A stretch of 45,480 nt of DNA from an uncultured Nitrososphaeraceae archaeon (GTDB taxonomy: Archaea; Thermoproteota; Nitrososphaeria; Nitrososphaerales; Nitrososphaeraceae), in assembly GCA_963825865.1 (NCBI GenBank), contig CAWGVG010000055.1:1-45480 (forward strand), written 5' to 3'. The number at the start of each line of letters is the position of its first letter. Position 1 is the stretch's first letter. The position numbers and the translations under genes were made by a program. The notes beneath the pieces are model-generated. The model ran no database searches and was not told the DNA's origin. It saw nothing but the letters and a program-made list of their open reading frames with translations. Shown piece after piece: positions 10,504-21,821 of this stretch.

Positions 10504-10890
10504 ACTACCTCTACGTATATAATATACAGGATTTAAGTTCAAGTGATTGCAACTCAATTCTCGTATGTCCAAAGATTATATAGCATTTGGTATAGCGCAT
10601 TAGTTAATTATTATTACTCCATAATACTATTGGTATTATCATAGCATAGGATTTAACACTCTGGCATTAGCAGCATAAATCTATCCTTTTTAGCTTTTCT
10701 ATTTTTATCCCTTATCCTTTTTCTTCTTGTTTCTTTTCTTGCTCTTGCGGTGGTTGTTGTTGCTGCTCTCCCATATATGACTCATTGACCTTTTGTATGC
10801 TTAAAACACTATCTCTGTATAATCGATTCGCTCTTTCAAAATATGTTAAAAACTTATATCCTCTCTCTTGATTATACGTTATCATCTCAC

Positions 10891-12070
10891 AATGATTAGT
10901 ATAAAAAAGACAAAGAAGCTGTGGATGATAGGAACGGTTTTAATGATTTTGTTTGTATCATCATTTAGCACTATTAACAATTCAATACTTCCCATAAGGG
11001 CCGTAGCTGCTGAAGTGGAAAACAATGAAGATGAGGAGACAGCATATCTTAAATTCGCATCTCAGGCAGTAAAGCAGTCTGATAATAGTAGGTACTGTTA
11101 GTGCTACAATCCAGCTACCTGAAGCAGCAAAAGGACCTCCAATACCTGCAAAAGGATACCTAGTCCAACAAATTAGAGGTGGTCTTTATTGGCTAACTGA
11201 TGGAGCTTACCAGACTATGTTTATGGTAACTGACAAAGGCGTTGTAGCAGTTGATGCTCCTCCAACCATTGGCAATAATTATCTCAAAGCCATAGCAGAA
11301 GTGACAACCAAGCCAGTTACATATGTAATTTACAGCCATGCTCATATAGATCATATCGGCGCAGCAGGGATATTCCCGAAGAATGCTACTTTTATAGCTC
11401 AACAAGAAACTGCAGCCGAGTGCAAAGAGCGAAAAGTGTAGCCAAAAATGCTTCCATGGTACCACCAATTCCTACTGTTACCTTTACCAAGAACTATACA
11501 TTGCAGATTGGAAATCAAACTCTAAAGCTAGACTATTATGGCGTCAATCATTTGCCTGGAAATATATTCATTTATGCTTCAAAACAAAAGGTACTCATGT
11601 TAGTTGATGTCATATTTCCGGGATGGGTTCCATTTCCTTATTTGGCAATAGCTAAAGATACTGCAGGCTTTATCAAAGCTCATGACATAGCCTTAAACAA
11701 CTATGACTTTGACACAATTGTTGGTGGCCATCTTACTAGACTTGGAACAAGAAATGATGTAATAGTACAAAAGGAATTTGTATCCGACTTGGAAAGGGCA
11801 GCTGCTCAAGCAAACCAACAAGTCTCATTTGGTGGGATTGCAAAGCAGGTAGGAGGAGGACAAGAACCTTAACCATGGCTGATTTTCTCCAAATACATTG
11901 ATGCGGTTGGCGAAAACTGTGTAAATAACATGTTGCCTAAATGGGAAAATAGGCTTGGCGGAGCACAGCAATTCATGTCAACCCATTGCTTTACCATGGC
12001 TCAGTCTGGGAGAATAGAATCCTACAGGTACAGGCATTACTCCAAAACAGTACGTTTGTATACAAATAAG
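10891..12070 (+). CDS. Secreted metallo-beta-lactamase-fold hydrolase, frameshifted
   Basis: N-terminal hydrophobic signal; VAVDAPP, YSHAHIDHIG, GVNHLPGN, LMLVDVIFPG and IVGGH across four or more ORF pieces. Confidence 0.88.
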
Positions 12071-13046
12071 CAAACGTACTCCTAGTAATTTTTTCTTCTG
12101 TTTGAAAATCCTTCTGTGTTGTTATAAACCGTACGAATGCCACTCATTTTGAGGGGGAAATCAAATGATATGGTAAAGTTATTTATTTATTTATTTATTT
12201 GCGATATTTTTTCCTTTGATACTGCTATTTACATTCAAGCAAGAGATAGGCGATTAATTCATTCATATATTATTAATCTGTCTGCTGCAAAGTGGAAATA
12301 GAAATAATAGCAGTCATCCAGAAGAATTGCAAAAGTCAATAATAACAACAACTAGTAACACACCTACGAATGTAGAGACTGCCAATAGAAGTACAGAACA
12401 ATAACAGTAACAGCAACTATAATAGCAAAGGGATGGCAGGACGACAAGAAAGACAAGCAAAGAGATGGTGGAAATGATAATGGTAACACAGTTACCGTCC
12501 AAGTAAACAAACAAAAAGCGTCACAAAGTGGATGGGATAACACACAAGCGCACACACCGTTGTCAACAACACTAGCAGTGAAGGCGACGGTCAGAGTTCT
12601 CCTGGTGGAGGTGGCGACGGTCACGGAAGCCCAGGGCACTAGCAAGATAGTTCTTTTATAACTACTACCACAAATTTTTTTTATTTTTTAATACTCAATA
12701 CAAATATTTCATATATGCGTTAACGATGGCATATTATTTCTTGGTACTAGTTAATCGAAAAAAGCGATAAAGATGAACTATGTAGTTAAATAAATGAAGG
12801 CTTTCTGTAGTTGATTCACATGTCTGGAGGAAGTAATAATCCTTGCATAGATTTTACTACACAAACTGCAGGTCCTCTATCTAACCCCTATAACGTATCA
12901 GTCCTCAATCATAAGCTTGTATTTTCTACTTCCAATGGAGCAGGAATAGAAACCACTTCTTATATTGATTATTATTAATGGGAAAAATCAGAGGCTAAAA
13001 TTATCTTCATTTATATTAATAATAATTCACAACAATAAATAAGCAT

Positions 13047-13868
13047 ATGGTATTGTTATGCTCTAAGTTATCTTCTTTTGATCCAAAGATTAGTTACAGG
13101 TCAAGGACATTAGATGAATTAAACTCTCTATGCAATGTACTCAATGATTCCAAGTCCAAATTAAGCAATAGTCTTCAGTATTATCTACAAAAGTATAAGC
13201 AACTATTAGATATACCAAGGCTATGTAGGGCCTTGGCTGTTCCTGGAGAACTTGCTGAGCAGTTTGTAGAGGCTAATAAAACAGAACTGTATACAGACGG
13301 GCTAGATGTAGTAACACATTCAACAAATCAAATTGCTGATATTCTTCAAAAATATTTTTTTTATCCACACAATAATAACAATAACAATAATCATCTTATT
13401 GCATCAGATCTGAATAATAACCAAAAAGAAGCAATCTATACGGATATAAACGAATTAGCTGTATATTCAAAGATGTACTACGATATAGAAACCATAAAAT
13501 CTGATCCCCTAATATCAGATGAATATCCTTATGGCAACCCCTTTGATCATATTATAGATATAATGAAGCATGGAGCAATAATTGTTAGGTTCAAATATGT
13601 CTCAAATAATAAATCTCTTCCTCCTGAAGAAAAAATAGTAAGTTACCATATCATGAATTTTAAAGGAAAAGATGTACTTGGTGTACATGTCCAAGGTGAT
13701 CAAAGGTTTAGCATGTACAAACAATGGGGGAGTGGCGACGAAAGACTTGAACCAATTTATCCAGAATATGAAAATATGATAATAAGGTGGGGAAAGGAAG
13801 AAGTAGTGGAAGCTGTAATGAAAGGTAACAGGACAAATGATGATGGTAATAATGAATTCCTTTACTAA
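13047..13868 (+). CDS. Hypothetical protein (273 aa) with poly-Asn tract
   Basis: Long intact ORF in AT-rich DNA; no motif recognised. Confidence 0.75.
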   Translation: MVLLCSKLSSFDPKISYRSRTLDELNSLCNVLNDSKSKLSNSLQYYLQKYKQLLDIPRLCRALAVPGELAEQFVEANKTELYTDGLDVVTHSTNQIADILQKYFFYPHNNNNNNNHLIASDLNNNQKEAIYTDINELAVYSKMYYDIETIKSDPLISDEYPYGNPFDHIIDIMKHGAIIVRFKYVSNNKSLPPEEKIVSYHIMNFKGKDVLGVHVQGDQRFSMYKQWGSGDERLEPIYPEYENMIIRWGKEEVVEAVMKGNRTNDDGNNEFLY

Positions 13869-14044
13869 ATAATAGTTGAATAATAATTATTTATCTTCTA
13901 AATCAGTAACTTGTATCTCTGTAGATATAAAATGTTCAGGACCTATTCCATAAAATCCGCTTTCAGCTATACTTAAAGGCCTCAAGAATTCAAGGCATCA
14001 CTATGGGGAATTTGCCAGACAGGATTTGGCCATCCTCATCGATT

Positions 14045-14239
14045 GGTTTGTTTATCTCAAAGAGTATCGTGGAAGCTCATGGGGGCAAGATGTGGAGTGA
14101 GAACAATGAAGATGGTAACGGAGCTACGTTTTACTTTAGCCTACCGTTAAGCAAGTAGATATAATACACATATCTAAAGCCTAACATTTTGTTTTATAAA
14201 ATCTTCTGAAAGCTGGATGACAAAAATGGGTCAAATTTG
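14045..14239 (+). repeat. 195-bp direct repeat copy 1 (histidine kinase 3' end + downstream spacer)
   Basis: Matches 21627-21821 with 4 mismatches by eye. Encodes GLFISKSIVEAHGGKMW..TFYFSLPLSK*. Confidence 0.95.
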
Positions 14240-14381
14240 ATTCACATCCCTTCGAGCAAAAGAAGTACTCGTCAATAGACCTTCTATATATATATACAGT
14301 TGTAGGAGATAATGCTCTCACGATAACAAGTCTTACAATTATGCACTATTTAAGAAGGCTTTTATTGATTTTCTAATCTTC

Positions 14382-15041
14382 ATGCTATCATCAATGCAAA
14401 ATATTGGAGATAAAAAAATAATCTATAACACTATTGAAGAGATCATAGATCCTTCACATACGGCATTAGTTGTGTGGGATGTACAAAATATGTTCGTAAA
14501 TCTAATTTTCAATAGACAAGAATTTACTAGAAATCTTGGTTCAGTTATAGAGCTCGCACGAAGAGCAAATGTCCAAATATTCTTTACACGTCATCAACTG
14601 CTGCCAACAAGATTTGAATCTTCAGCAAGACTAGATATGATAAGTAGATTAGGACTTGATCGCATTAGTCAAACAGCAACTAAGGAAGACCTAGACTTTG
14701 TAATAAAACCAAAACAATCATACCGGCAACAACAAGAACAAGAACAACAACAGCAAAGCGAAATAGTGATAGATAAACATACAGCAAGTATTTTTATAGA
14801 TACGGGATTTGAACGCATGCTACAAAGTGCAGGTATTATTACAGTAGTATTTACTGGTATTGCAACAGAGTATGGAATTGAATCTAGTGCTAGGGATGCT
14901 TCTAGTAGAGGCTTTTATTCTGTAGTAGTTTCAGATTGTGTATCTTCACCTGACAAAGAGGGACATAATAGGTCTCTTGAGAATATGAAGATAATAACCA
15001 TTATAAGTTCGAACGAGATTGAGAATATTTGGTCAAAATAA
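14382..15041 (+). CDS. Isochorismatase-family (cysteine hydrolase superfamily) protein
   Basis: TALVVWDVQN, VIDKHTASIF, FTGIATEYGIESSARDA; intact ORF. Confidence 0.93.
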   Translation: MLSSMQNIGDKKIIYNTIEEIIDPSHTALVVWDVQNMFVNLIFNRQEFTRNLGSVIELARRANVQIFFTRHQLLPTRFESSARLDMISRLGLDRISQTATKEDLDFVIKPKQSYRQQQEQEQQQQSEIVIDKHTASIFIDTGFERMLQSAGIITVVFTGIATEYGIESSARDASSRGFYSVVVSDCVSSPDKEGHNRSLENMKIITIISSNEIENIWSK

Positions 15042-15171
15042 GTTGTTGTTCATTAAAGGTCTTTAAGTTAAGAAACCTGAGCACGTAACTATCTCAGATA
15101 CCGTACTGTTTCTTGACCTCAACCTGATGGATAGTAAATCTAATTATAAAGATAATAATATATGGTAAGAA

Positions 15172-15363
15172 ATGACTATGAATTGTCCTTTGTGTGGTGC
15201 GTTAATGGTTTGGCTTAATGGATCAATCAATCACGATCCTCCAACCAAATACTACCAATGCAGAAATGACAACATATATGTTACAAAATTTCAGGATGGA
15301 ACTTATGAGATTCAATATCCAAAGAAAAAAGCGCATAGTTTCAAGCCTTTCTCTTTGTTTTAA
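15172..15363 (+). CDS. Small zinc-ribbon protein
   Basis: MNCPLCG...YYQC; TATA-like TTATAAA about 25 bp upstream. Confidence 0.6.
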   Translation: MTMNCPLCGALMVWLNGSINHDPPTKYYQCRNDNIYVTKFQDGTYEIQYPKKKAHSFKPFSLF

Positions 15364-15459
15364 CATGTTATAAGCTGATGTATTTTAGCTTGTCAAAATC
15401 TAGCTTTTTCTTTTGATTCCATCATTATGGTTTGTACTAATAGAAAATGCGCATATGTT

Positions 15460-15609
15460 GAAATGTGTAACATCTTTCATTATAAGCAAACTGCCATGTT
15501 CAAGTACAAGTGAAACTGTTTGTTTAGTTTGCTTATGCTTAAATGAGAATTTTCGTTCTGCTCCAAAACTCAACGAAGCAATAGTAATGTTCTTTCCTAG
15601 TGATTTCAT
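15460..15609 (-). pseudogene. Internal fragment of AlkB-family 2OG-Fe(II) dioxygenase
   Basis: IASLSFGAERKFSFKHK...LEHGSLLIM is typical of ALKBH2/3-like enzymes; both ends missing. Confidence 0.75.
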
Positions 15610-16181
15610 GTATATCCCATGTAGTACTTAAGAGCGTTTGACGATAGAACAGACAAGAAACAATTTATTGAACGCTCTTATAATAACGTGAGGCTTACTA
15701 ATCTAGGCAGAGAACTGCGATAAGGGAATTTTCTTATTTTTGCTTGATAATTTAACTATAGATACATACATTAAATGCATGACAAACCCAGATAATTAAT
15801 GCTACCATGACTAAATTCCTACATTTTATTGTCTGCAGATCTGACTGTGCACGAGCAGTGAGACTCGCATTGCCATAAAATAAGAAAGATATAGAATAAA
15901 GAGAAAGTATTGTAGCTATCTGTTATTGATATCTTCATTATGTATTATGAGGATAACTTCATTATGTATTTGTGGGGAGCATTTGGTAAATTATTAACAA
16001 AATTCATAAAAGAGAATAACTTAATATGGATATGCTGCTCGGAGCATCGACATTCTCTTCCAAAAACATCCCGATTCCTTCACTGGCATTGCCCCTTACA
16101 CTATATACTCATATAACAAATACTGGATAATAAGTGGTCAAGCTGAGAACACTACTCTTAGATAGATAGTTGTTTTTCTTC

Positions 16182-17048
16182 TTATTTATGTTCTAAATTA
16201 TAGGTATTCATCATTTGACTAATTGCTTGTACGTATTTACTCGGATAATAATAAACGTCCATCACCATGTTTTTTAGATTTCCTGGTTCTATTCTTCTAA
16301 CTAAAGAACTATTAGTACCAGAACGAAGCTCTTCATTGGCTTTATCATACTCTGCTACAGGAATTAACCATCTATATTCCTCTTCTTTGCGTTTCCAAAA
16401 TCTTTCATGTTCTAGGCCTTTCTTGTACCAATCCCTTTCTTTTATCACTTGTTCTAGTTCCTTTTTCGTTGCTACCAAATTGTCTGCTACAGGTCTATCT
16501 CTCTCATATTCTCGTAGAGTATTGATAGTTACACTGTGATCTTTTAATAGATGCATTTGTGCCATTTGTAAATTGGTTATTTCTTGTCTTATTCCTTTCA
16601 GCCTTTCTTCTTCTTGTATTATATATTCAGGAATTTCATCTATTGGAATTCCAAGATTATCTGAAAGAACAGATATCTTATTTACGGTATTGATAAATTC
16701 TTCAGGTTTCAAACCACAACGAAAGCAATGAACATCTACATTTTCCATAAAAGATTCTATCTGCTCTTCGCTCAATCCCTTCTCATCTAATTTTCTCTGA
16801 AGCCTTATTGAAGATGCAAATGATTTTACATCTACACCTTCTCGCTTTAGCATAACAGATAATTCTCTGATTAGATCAAATTCAGAATAGTTACCATCGG
16901 GATATTCTTTTTGTTTACACTGCTTAATTATCTCACTTACAGTCCCAGCTCCTATTTGATTAGCTTTGGCAATTTGATCTCTAGAAAAGCCATATAGCCA
17001 TTGGGTAATGACCTGTCTTCTTATTGTATTGGGTATTTTTCCTCCCAT
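16182..17048 (-). CDS. N-terminal HTH plus coiled-coil protein
   Basis: SRDQIAKANQIGAGTVSEII HTH followed by an E/K/L-rich helical region; intact 288 aa. Confidence 0.85.
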   Translation of the reverse strand: MGGKIPNTIRRQVITQWLYGFSRDQIAKANQIGAGTVSEIIKQCKQKEYPDGNYSEFDLIRELSVMLKREGVDVKSFASSIRLQRKLDEKGLSEEQIESFMENVDVHCFRCGLKPEEFINTVNKISVLSDNLGIPIDEIPEYIIQEEERLKGIRQEITNLQMAQMHLLKDHSVTINTLREYERDRPVADNLVATKKELEQVIKERDWYKKGLEHERFWKRKEEEYRWLIPVAEYDKANEELRSGTNSSLVRRIEPGNLKNMVMDVYYYPSKYVQAISQMMNTYNLEHK

Positions 17049-17204
17049 TGATATTACGTAATTTAATTATATAATCTACACATAAATAATAAAGTGTACT
17101 GTTCAATACATTTGTATGGTATGTACTATTAAATAATCAGATTGAAAAATATCAGAGTGAGTTGGCCAAATGAATGAACCAGTCCATAGGCAAGCACAAA
17201 AAAG

Positions 17205-17292
17205 CTATTTGACTTCTATCTGACGACTATCTGACGATAAAATGACGATTATCTGACGAACATCTGACCAAAATATGAAGCCTATTTCATCA
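17205..17292 (+). repeat. Tandem 11-bp phased repeat array (consensus CTATCTGACGA)
   Basis: CTATTTGACTT CTATCTGACGA CTATCTGACGA TAAAATGACGA TTATCTGACGA ACATCTGACCA, then two degenerate units in register. Confidence 0.85.
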
Positions 17293-17542
17293 GAAGATGA
17301 AGGTTCTATGTATAAGCATATTATAGAACTTTCTAATAAATTTTATCGATTCAGCGATCAGCTCCGCATCATGTTATATTAAATTTTTATGGTATTTTCT
17401 TTGATTGGTATCAATACCATAGTTGGACGACGCTAGAAGGAAGTTGGTCATTCATTGATCTTCGACATATCTTTACACGAGTGGGTACTTCAGAGTTGCA
17501 GAGGTTTTGTATATTTGTACAATATTTGATGAAATGTCGATC

Positions 17543-17707
17543 TCAGATCAACATATCAGAAATTACGATCCCCAGTTTTTCCCACGCGTGATGATAAGCA
17601 TTTGTTAACCGGTCCAGTTCATATAATGCATAATGTCTAGCTGAAACGGATTTTGCACGACCTGCTAAAATGTCAGCCTCGTTCATATCCATAACTCTAC
17701 TCATTAC
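17543..17707 (-). pseudogene. C-terminal remnant of a probable tyrosine recombinase
   Basis: MDMNEADILAGRAKSVSARHYALYELDRLTNAY resembles box II with the catalytic Tyr (L-x-G-R...RHY). Below the ORF-track cutoff. Confidence 0.6.
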
Positions 17708-17875
17708 ATTATAGTGCTGTAAATATTATACTCTTTCAGAATGCCAATGACAGTTGGAATTTCTAGATCAAGTTGCAAAGCGATAAACTCTTCTGCTATA
17801 CCTGATTCGTACAAATTGATAACAACCCTCTTTTGTTCCTCTTGTGAGAATGGCCTGTTATAATGATAAGCCCAC
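17704..17875 (-). CDS. Small HTH-like protein
   Basis: VINLYESGIAEEFIALQLDLEIPTVIGILK; true start uncertain. Confidence 0.5.
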
Positions 17876-18287
17876 AATAATAATAATATGAATAAGTAGA
17901 TTATATAACATTGATTAACATAGTTAATTGAATAGATAAGAAAACAATTGTGTGAAGTAGAATATTGGCTCACTAGCTATGAATCTGAATTTTATTATTG
18001 TTTAGTATGACGACTATAGTCATTGCCCATCATATTTATCTATCTATATAATACAATTCTTTCTCCTACGCCATTTAGCGTTTCTATTATTATCATAATC
18101 TGATGCTTCTAAGCTATCATTAGTGGCCAGACTTCGGCATAAACATTTTTTACCTTTGAATGAGTAAATGAGAACTTTTTTCCAGCTGCAATCGCGAACC
18201 GGCGGATTTTTAATACTTAAGGAAAGAATGCTTTCTGAATAGGGTGGCACTAGAACATTCTAAATAGGAAGACTTCGTAAATAAAAT

Positions 18288-19299
18288 ATGCGTTCGGTAC
18301 AAGTCTCCAAGCCCAAAGGGCCTTTCGAAATGGTAGAACGAGACATTCCAGAACCTGGTGCTGCACAAGTCCGCATCAAAGTTCAGGCCTGCGGCATTTG
18401 CCACAGTGACTCAATGATGAAAGAAGGGTTATTCCCGGGTGTCCAATACCCAAGGGTTCCTGGTCACGAGGTCGCAGGTATTATCGATAAAGTAGGCAAA
18501 GATGTAGTTGAATGGAAGCCTGGACAGCGAGTCGCCGTAGGCTGGCATGGGGGCCATTGCGGTCACTGCGAATCCTGTCGACGGGGGGATTTCGTCACTT
18601 GTCGATTCGCCCAAGTACCGGGTTTTTCCTACGACGGCGGCTACGCTGAATATATGATTGCCCCTACCGAAGCACTTGCATCTATCCCTGACGAGCTTTC
18701 AGCTACAGAAGCTGCACCATTGATGTGTGCCGGAATCACAACATACAACGCTCTTCGGAACAGTGGTGCACGTGTAGGCGATGTCGTTGCAATACTCGGG
18801 ATAGGCGGACTTGGTCATCTAGGAATCCAATTTGCTGCCAAGATGGGTTTTAAGACCATTGCTATTGGGCGAGGAAAGGATAAGGAGGATCTTGTGAGAA
18901 AGCTCGGCGCAAGACAATATATTGATAGCAAATCTCAGAATCCTGTCGAAGAGCTTGTCAAGCTCGGAGGTGCCAAGGTCATTCTTGGAACGGTCCCAAG
19001 TGGAAAGGCGATGAGTGAGGTATTGGGTGGTCTTTCCGTCAACGGAAAGCTAGTCATGATTGGTGCGTCTGATGAACCGCTTGAAGTATCTCCAATTTTT
19101 TTCCTCTCAGGACGTAGATCAGTAGTAGGTTGGCCTAGTGGTACTTCAATCGATTCGCAAGACACGCTATCATTCAGCGTTCTCTCAGGTGTGAGACCGA
19201 TGAACGAGGTCTTTCCACTCGAGCAGGCTAACAGTGGCCTACGAGCAAATGATGAGCGGCAAGGCACGATTTCGAGCGGTCCTAACAACAGGACATTAG
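18288..19299 (+). CDS. Zinc-dependent alcohol dehydrogenase (MDR family), one frameshift near 19230
   Basis: CGICHSD, GHE, CGHCESC..C and GIGGLG. The natural C-terminus AYEQMMSGKARFRAVL..* is in another frame and ends at 19299. Confidence 0.95.
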
Positions 19300-19905
19300 T
19301 GATCAGCCTCTGTCAGTCAGATGTTATAAAAATAGCATTAAATGTCATCCCTTCAGGGCTAGAAGAGAAGTCAGGTACTCCCCTGAAACCTGTGTATGGA
19401 TCTCTTACTATTGAAGCTCCATGTTGATTTATTCTCTTACCTACATTTATAGCCCTTAGTTTGGCTTGATAGATATCTGCAATCTCTTTATCACATATAC
19501 TGTTCCATTTGTAGGTTGGATATATTTATATGCACTTGCAAGTTATCTATAGAGGTTGTTGTCTCCTGCTATTACAGCTTGACAACAGCTTGATTCTATA
19601 TCCTCTACTAACGCTCCGGACTACATCTCTTAACAGTCATCCTTTTCTTTGAATGATAAAACTTCAACGCCAGCCTAAAGGCGTCAAATATGTCATTATC
19701 TATATACGATAAGGGTACTCATTATGTAACAAACCAAAGGCTAAGGTTAGAAATACTTAAGGAAATTTCTGATTGTGAAGATGTTTTGGAAATTGCTGGC
19801 GATCATATACCAAAGAAGGAACAATTGAATGACGATTGCAATAATGACAATCAGATATTGTAGGTATATGCATATGCTGCATAATAGTAACAATTACTCT
19901 TCTAC

Positions 19906-21140
19906 TTAAATATGTCTGACATTGTTCCTATCTATTAGTCTCATTTGCATTCCATATTTCGGACGTAGTGTGACAAGTGGCTGAAGTATAACAGGATGTT
20001 CTGGTATGATTGTCATTTTCCAACGTCGAGCAATAGTGGCAATTACTAATATTCCCTCCATCCATGCAAACGGCTCTCCTATACAAGACCTTGGACCACC
20101 TCCAAATGGAAAATAGCTAAATCTTGGTCGTTTAGCCTTTTCTTGTGGATTCCATCTTTCTGGATCAAATCGCTCGGGTTCAGGAAAATAGCGGGGATCA
20201 TGATGCATTAAATATTGGCTCATTAGAATTGAAGAGCCTGCAGGTATAACATAATCGCCAATCTTGCAATCATTTATAGCCTGACGACCTATTGCCCATG
20301 CTGGTGGATAGAGGCGCATCGATTCGGCAAAAACTCTTTCTGTATATTCTAAATTGGGTATGTCTTTAACAGTAGGAACTGCATGATCATAATTGTAATA
20401 TCAAGTACAGAATCAACTTCCTCATGAAGCATCTTTTCTTCTTCAGGATTTTGGGAGAGAAGGTAAAATGTCCATGTTAGTGCGTTTGCCACAGTTTCAT
20501 GGCCAGCAAGGAAAATGGTGGTTACATTATCTCTTAGTTGCTGTTTGTCGTTAGTGATGGTGATATTATCAATCTATTATTATTCCTTTTATTGGCAGAT
20601 TTATTATTATTTTCATTTGCTGAAATATAAGCATCTGATTTGACCTTGCAGTAATAGACTTATTAGATCTTTGTGAGGATAAGACCCATCTTGTTTATTG
20701 TTATGATGATGATTGCTATTACTGTTACTATTTCTATGGCTATCAATTATGCGATAAATTATTGTATCTAATTGTTTTTTGGCATGACGAAAGTGTATAT
20801 TATTTGGTAAGGGTAATTTTTCTATAATCCCAGCAAATGGTATTCTAGCACGGTTGAAATATTCTATAAGAGTGGTAACATACTGATCAATTTCTTTAGT
20901 CTCTGATTCTTCAATACTAATGTTAAAGAAAGCCTTACTAACAATGGCTAACGTCAGATGCATGAATTCCCTGTGAATATCTATTTGCCATGGTCGTCGT
21001 CATTCCATCGATTAGATATATCTAGAGCATAATCTGTCATAATATTTGCATAGTTGGGAATCTCATCTGGCTGAAAGACGGGTTGTATTAATTGACGTTG
21101 GCTGTGATGAAGCTCGCCTTCGCTGGTCAATAAGCCTTCT
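19906..21140 (-). pseudogene. Cytochrome P450, frameshifted and 5'-truncated
   Basis: [40 protein letters not shown] and heme motif [10 protein letters not shown]; N-terminus absent. Confidence 0.92.
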
Positions 21141-21149
21141 GCAGTTCTT

Positions 21150-21740
21150 AGATCAGAACAAAAGACACAGGTCAGTACGAACTGCTAGATGCAATTATCA
21201 GAAATGCAAAAAGACTACAGCGACTTACGGAAAACATATTAGATGTTACAAGAATTGAAAGTCAATCATTACAACTAAACAAAGAACGATTTAGCTTAAA
21301 CGAAATAATAAGAAATGTAATAAATGATGTTAATAATCAGGCCGGACTTCGCAATACCAATAATAAAACTGTATCTATATTATTTGATCCCAAACAAGAT
21401 GTTTTTGTAGAAGCAGACAAAGTAAGAAGAGGTTATTTCAAACGTGCTTAAAAATGCCATTCAATTTACAAAAGAAGGTACCATAACTATCATAGCAGCG
21501 GCAGAAAAGATGAATCACAAGGAGGCCATAGTTAGCGTGAAGGATACAGGCACAGGAATAGATCCTCAAATATTCCATAGATTGTTTACAAAGTTTGCTA
21601 CAAAATCTGTTACAGGTACCGGCTTGGGTTTGTTTATCTCAAAGAGTATCGTGGAAGCTCATGGGGGCAAGATGTGGGGTGAGAACAATGCAGATGGTAA
21701 CGGAGCTACGTTTTACTTTAGCCTACCGTTAAGCAAATAG
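21150..21740 (+). pseudogene. Histidine kinase C-terminal part (HATPase_c), 5'-truncated
   Basis: IIRNAKRLQRLTENILDVTRIE, then KNAIQFT, DTGTGID and GTGLGL. H-box and sensor missing. Confidence 0.9.
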
Positions 21741-21821
21741 ATATAATACACATATCTAAAGCCTAACATTTTGTTTTATAAAATCTTCTGAAAGCGGGAT
21801 GACAAAAATGGGTCAAATTTG
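21627..21821 (+). repeat. 195-bp direct repeat copy 2
   Basis: Matches 14045-14239 at offset 7582. Confidence 0.95.

Noticed and set aside
12314-12645. Minus-strand ORFs of 66 and 93 aa
   Set aside because: Shadow of low-complexity, A-rich + strand sequence that may be a decayed gene; no supportable call.
15630-15680. AAGAGCGTT/AACGCTCTT inverted repeat as IS1595-type MITE ends
   Set aside because: Orientation is opposite to an element's termini and the match is only 9 bp; at most a hairpin.
19300-19427. C-terminal extension of the 379-aa ADH ORF
   Set aside because: Artefact of a frameshift near 19230; the natural C-terminus ends at 19299.
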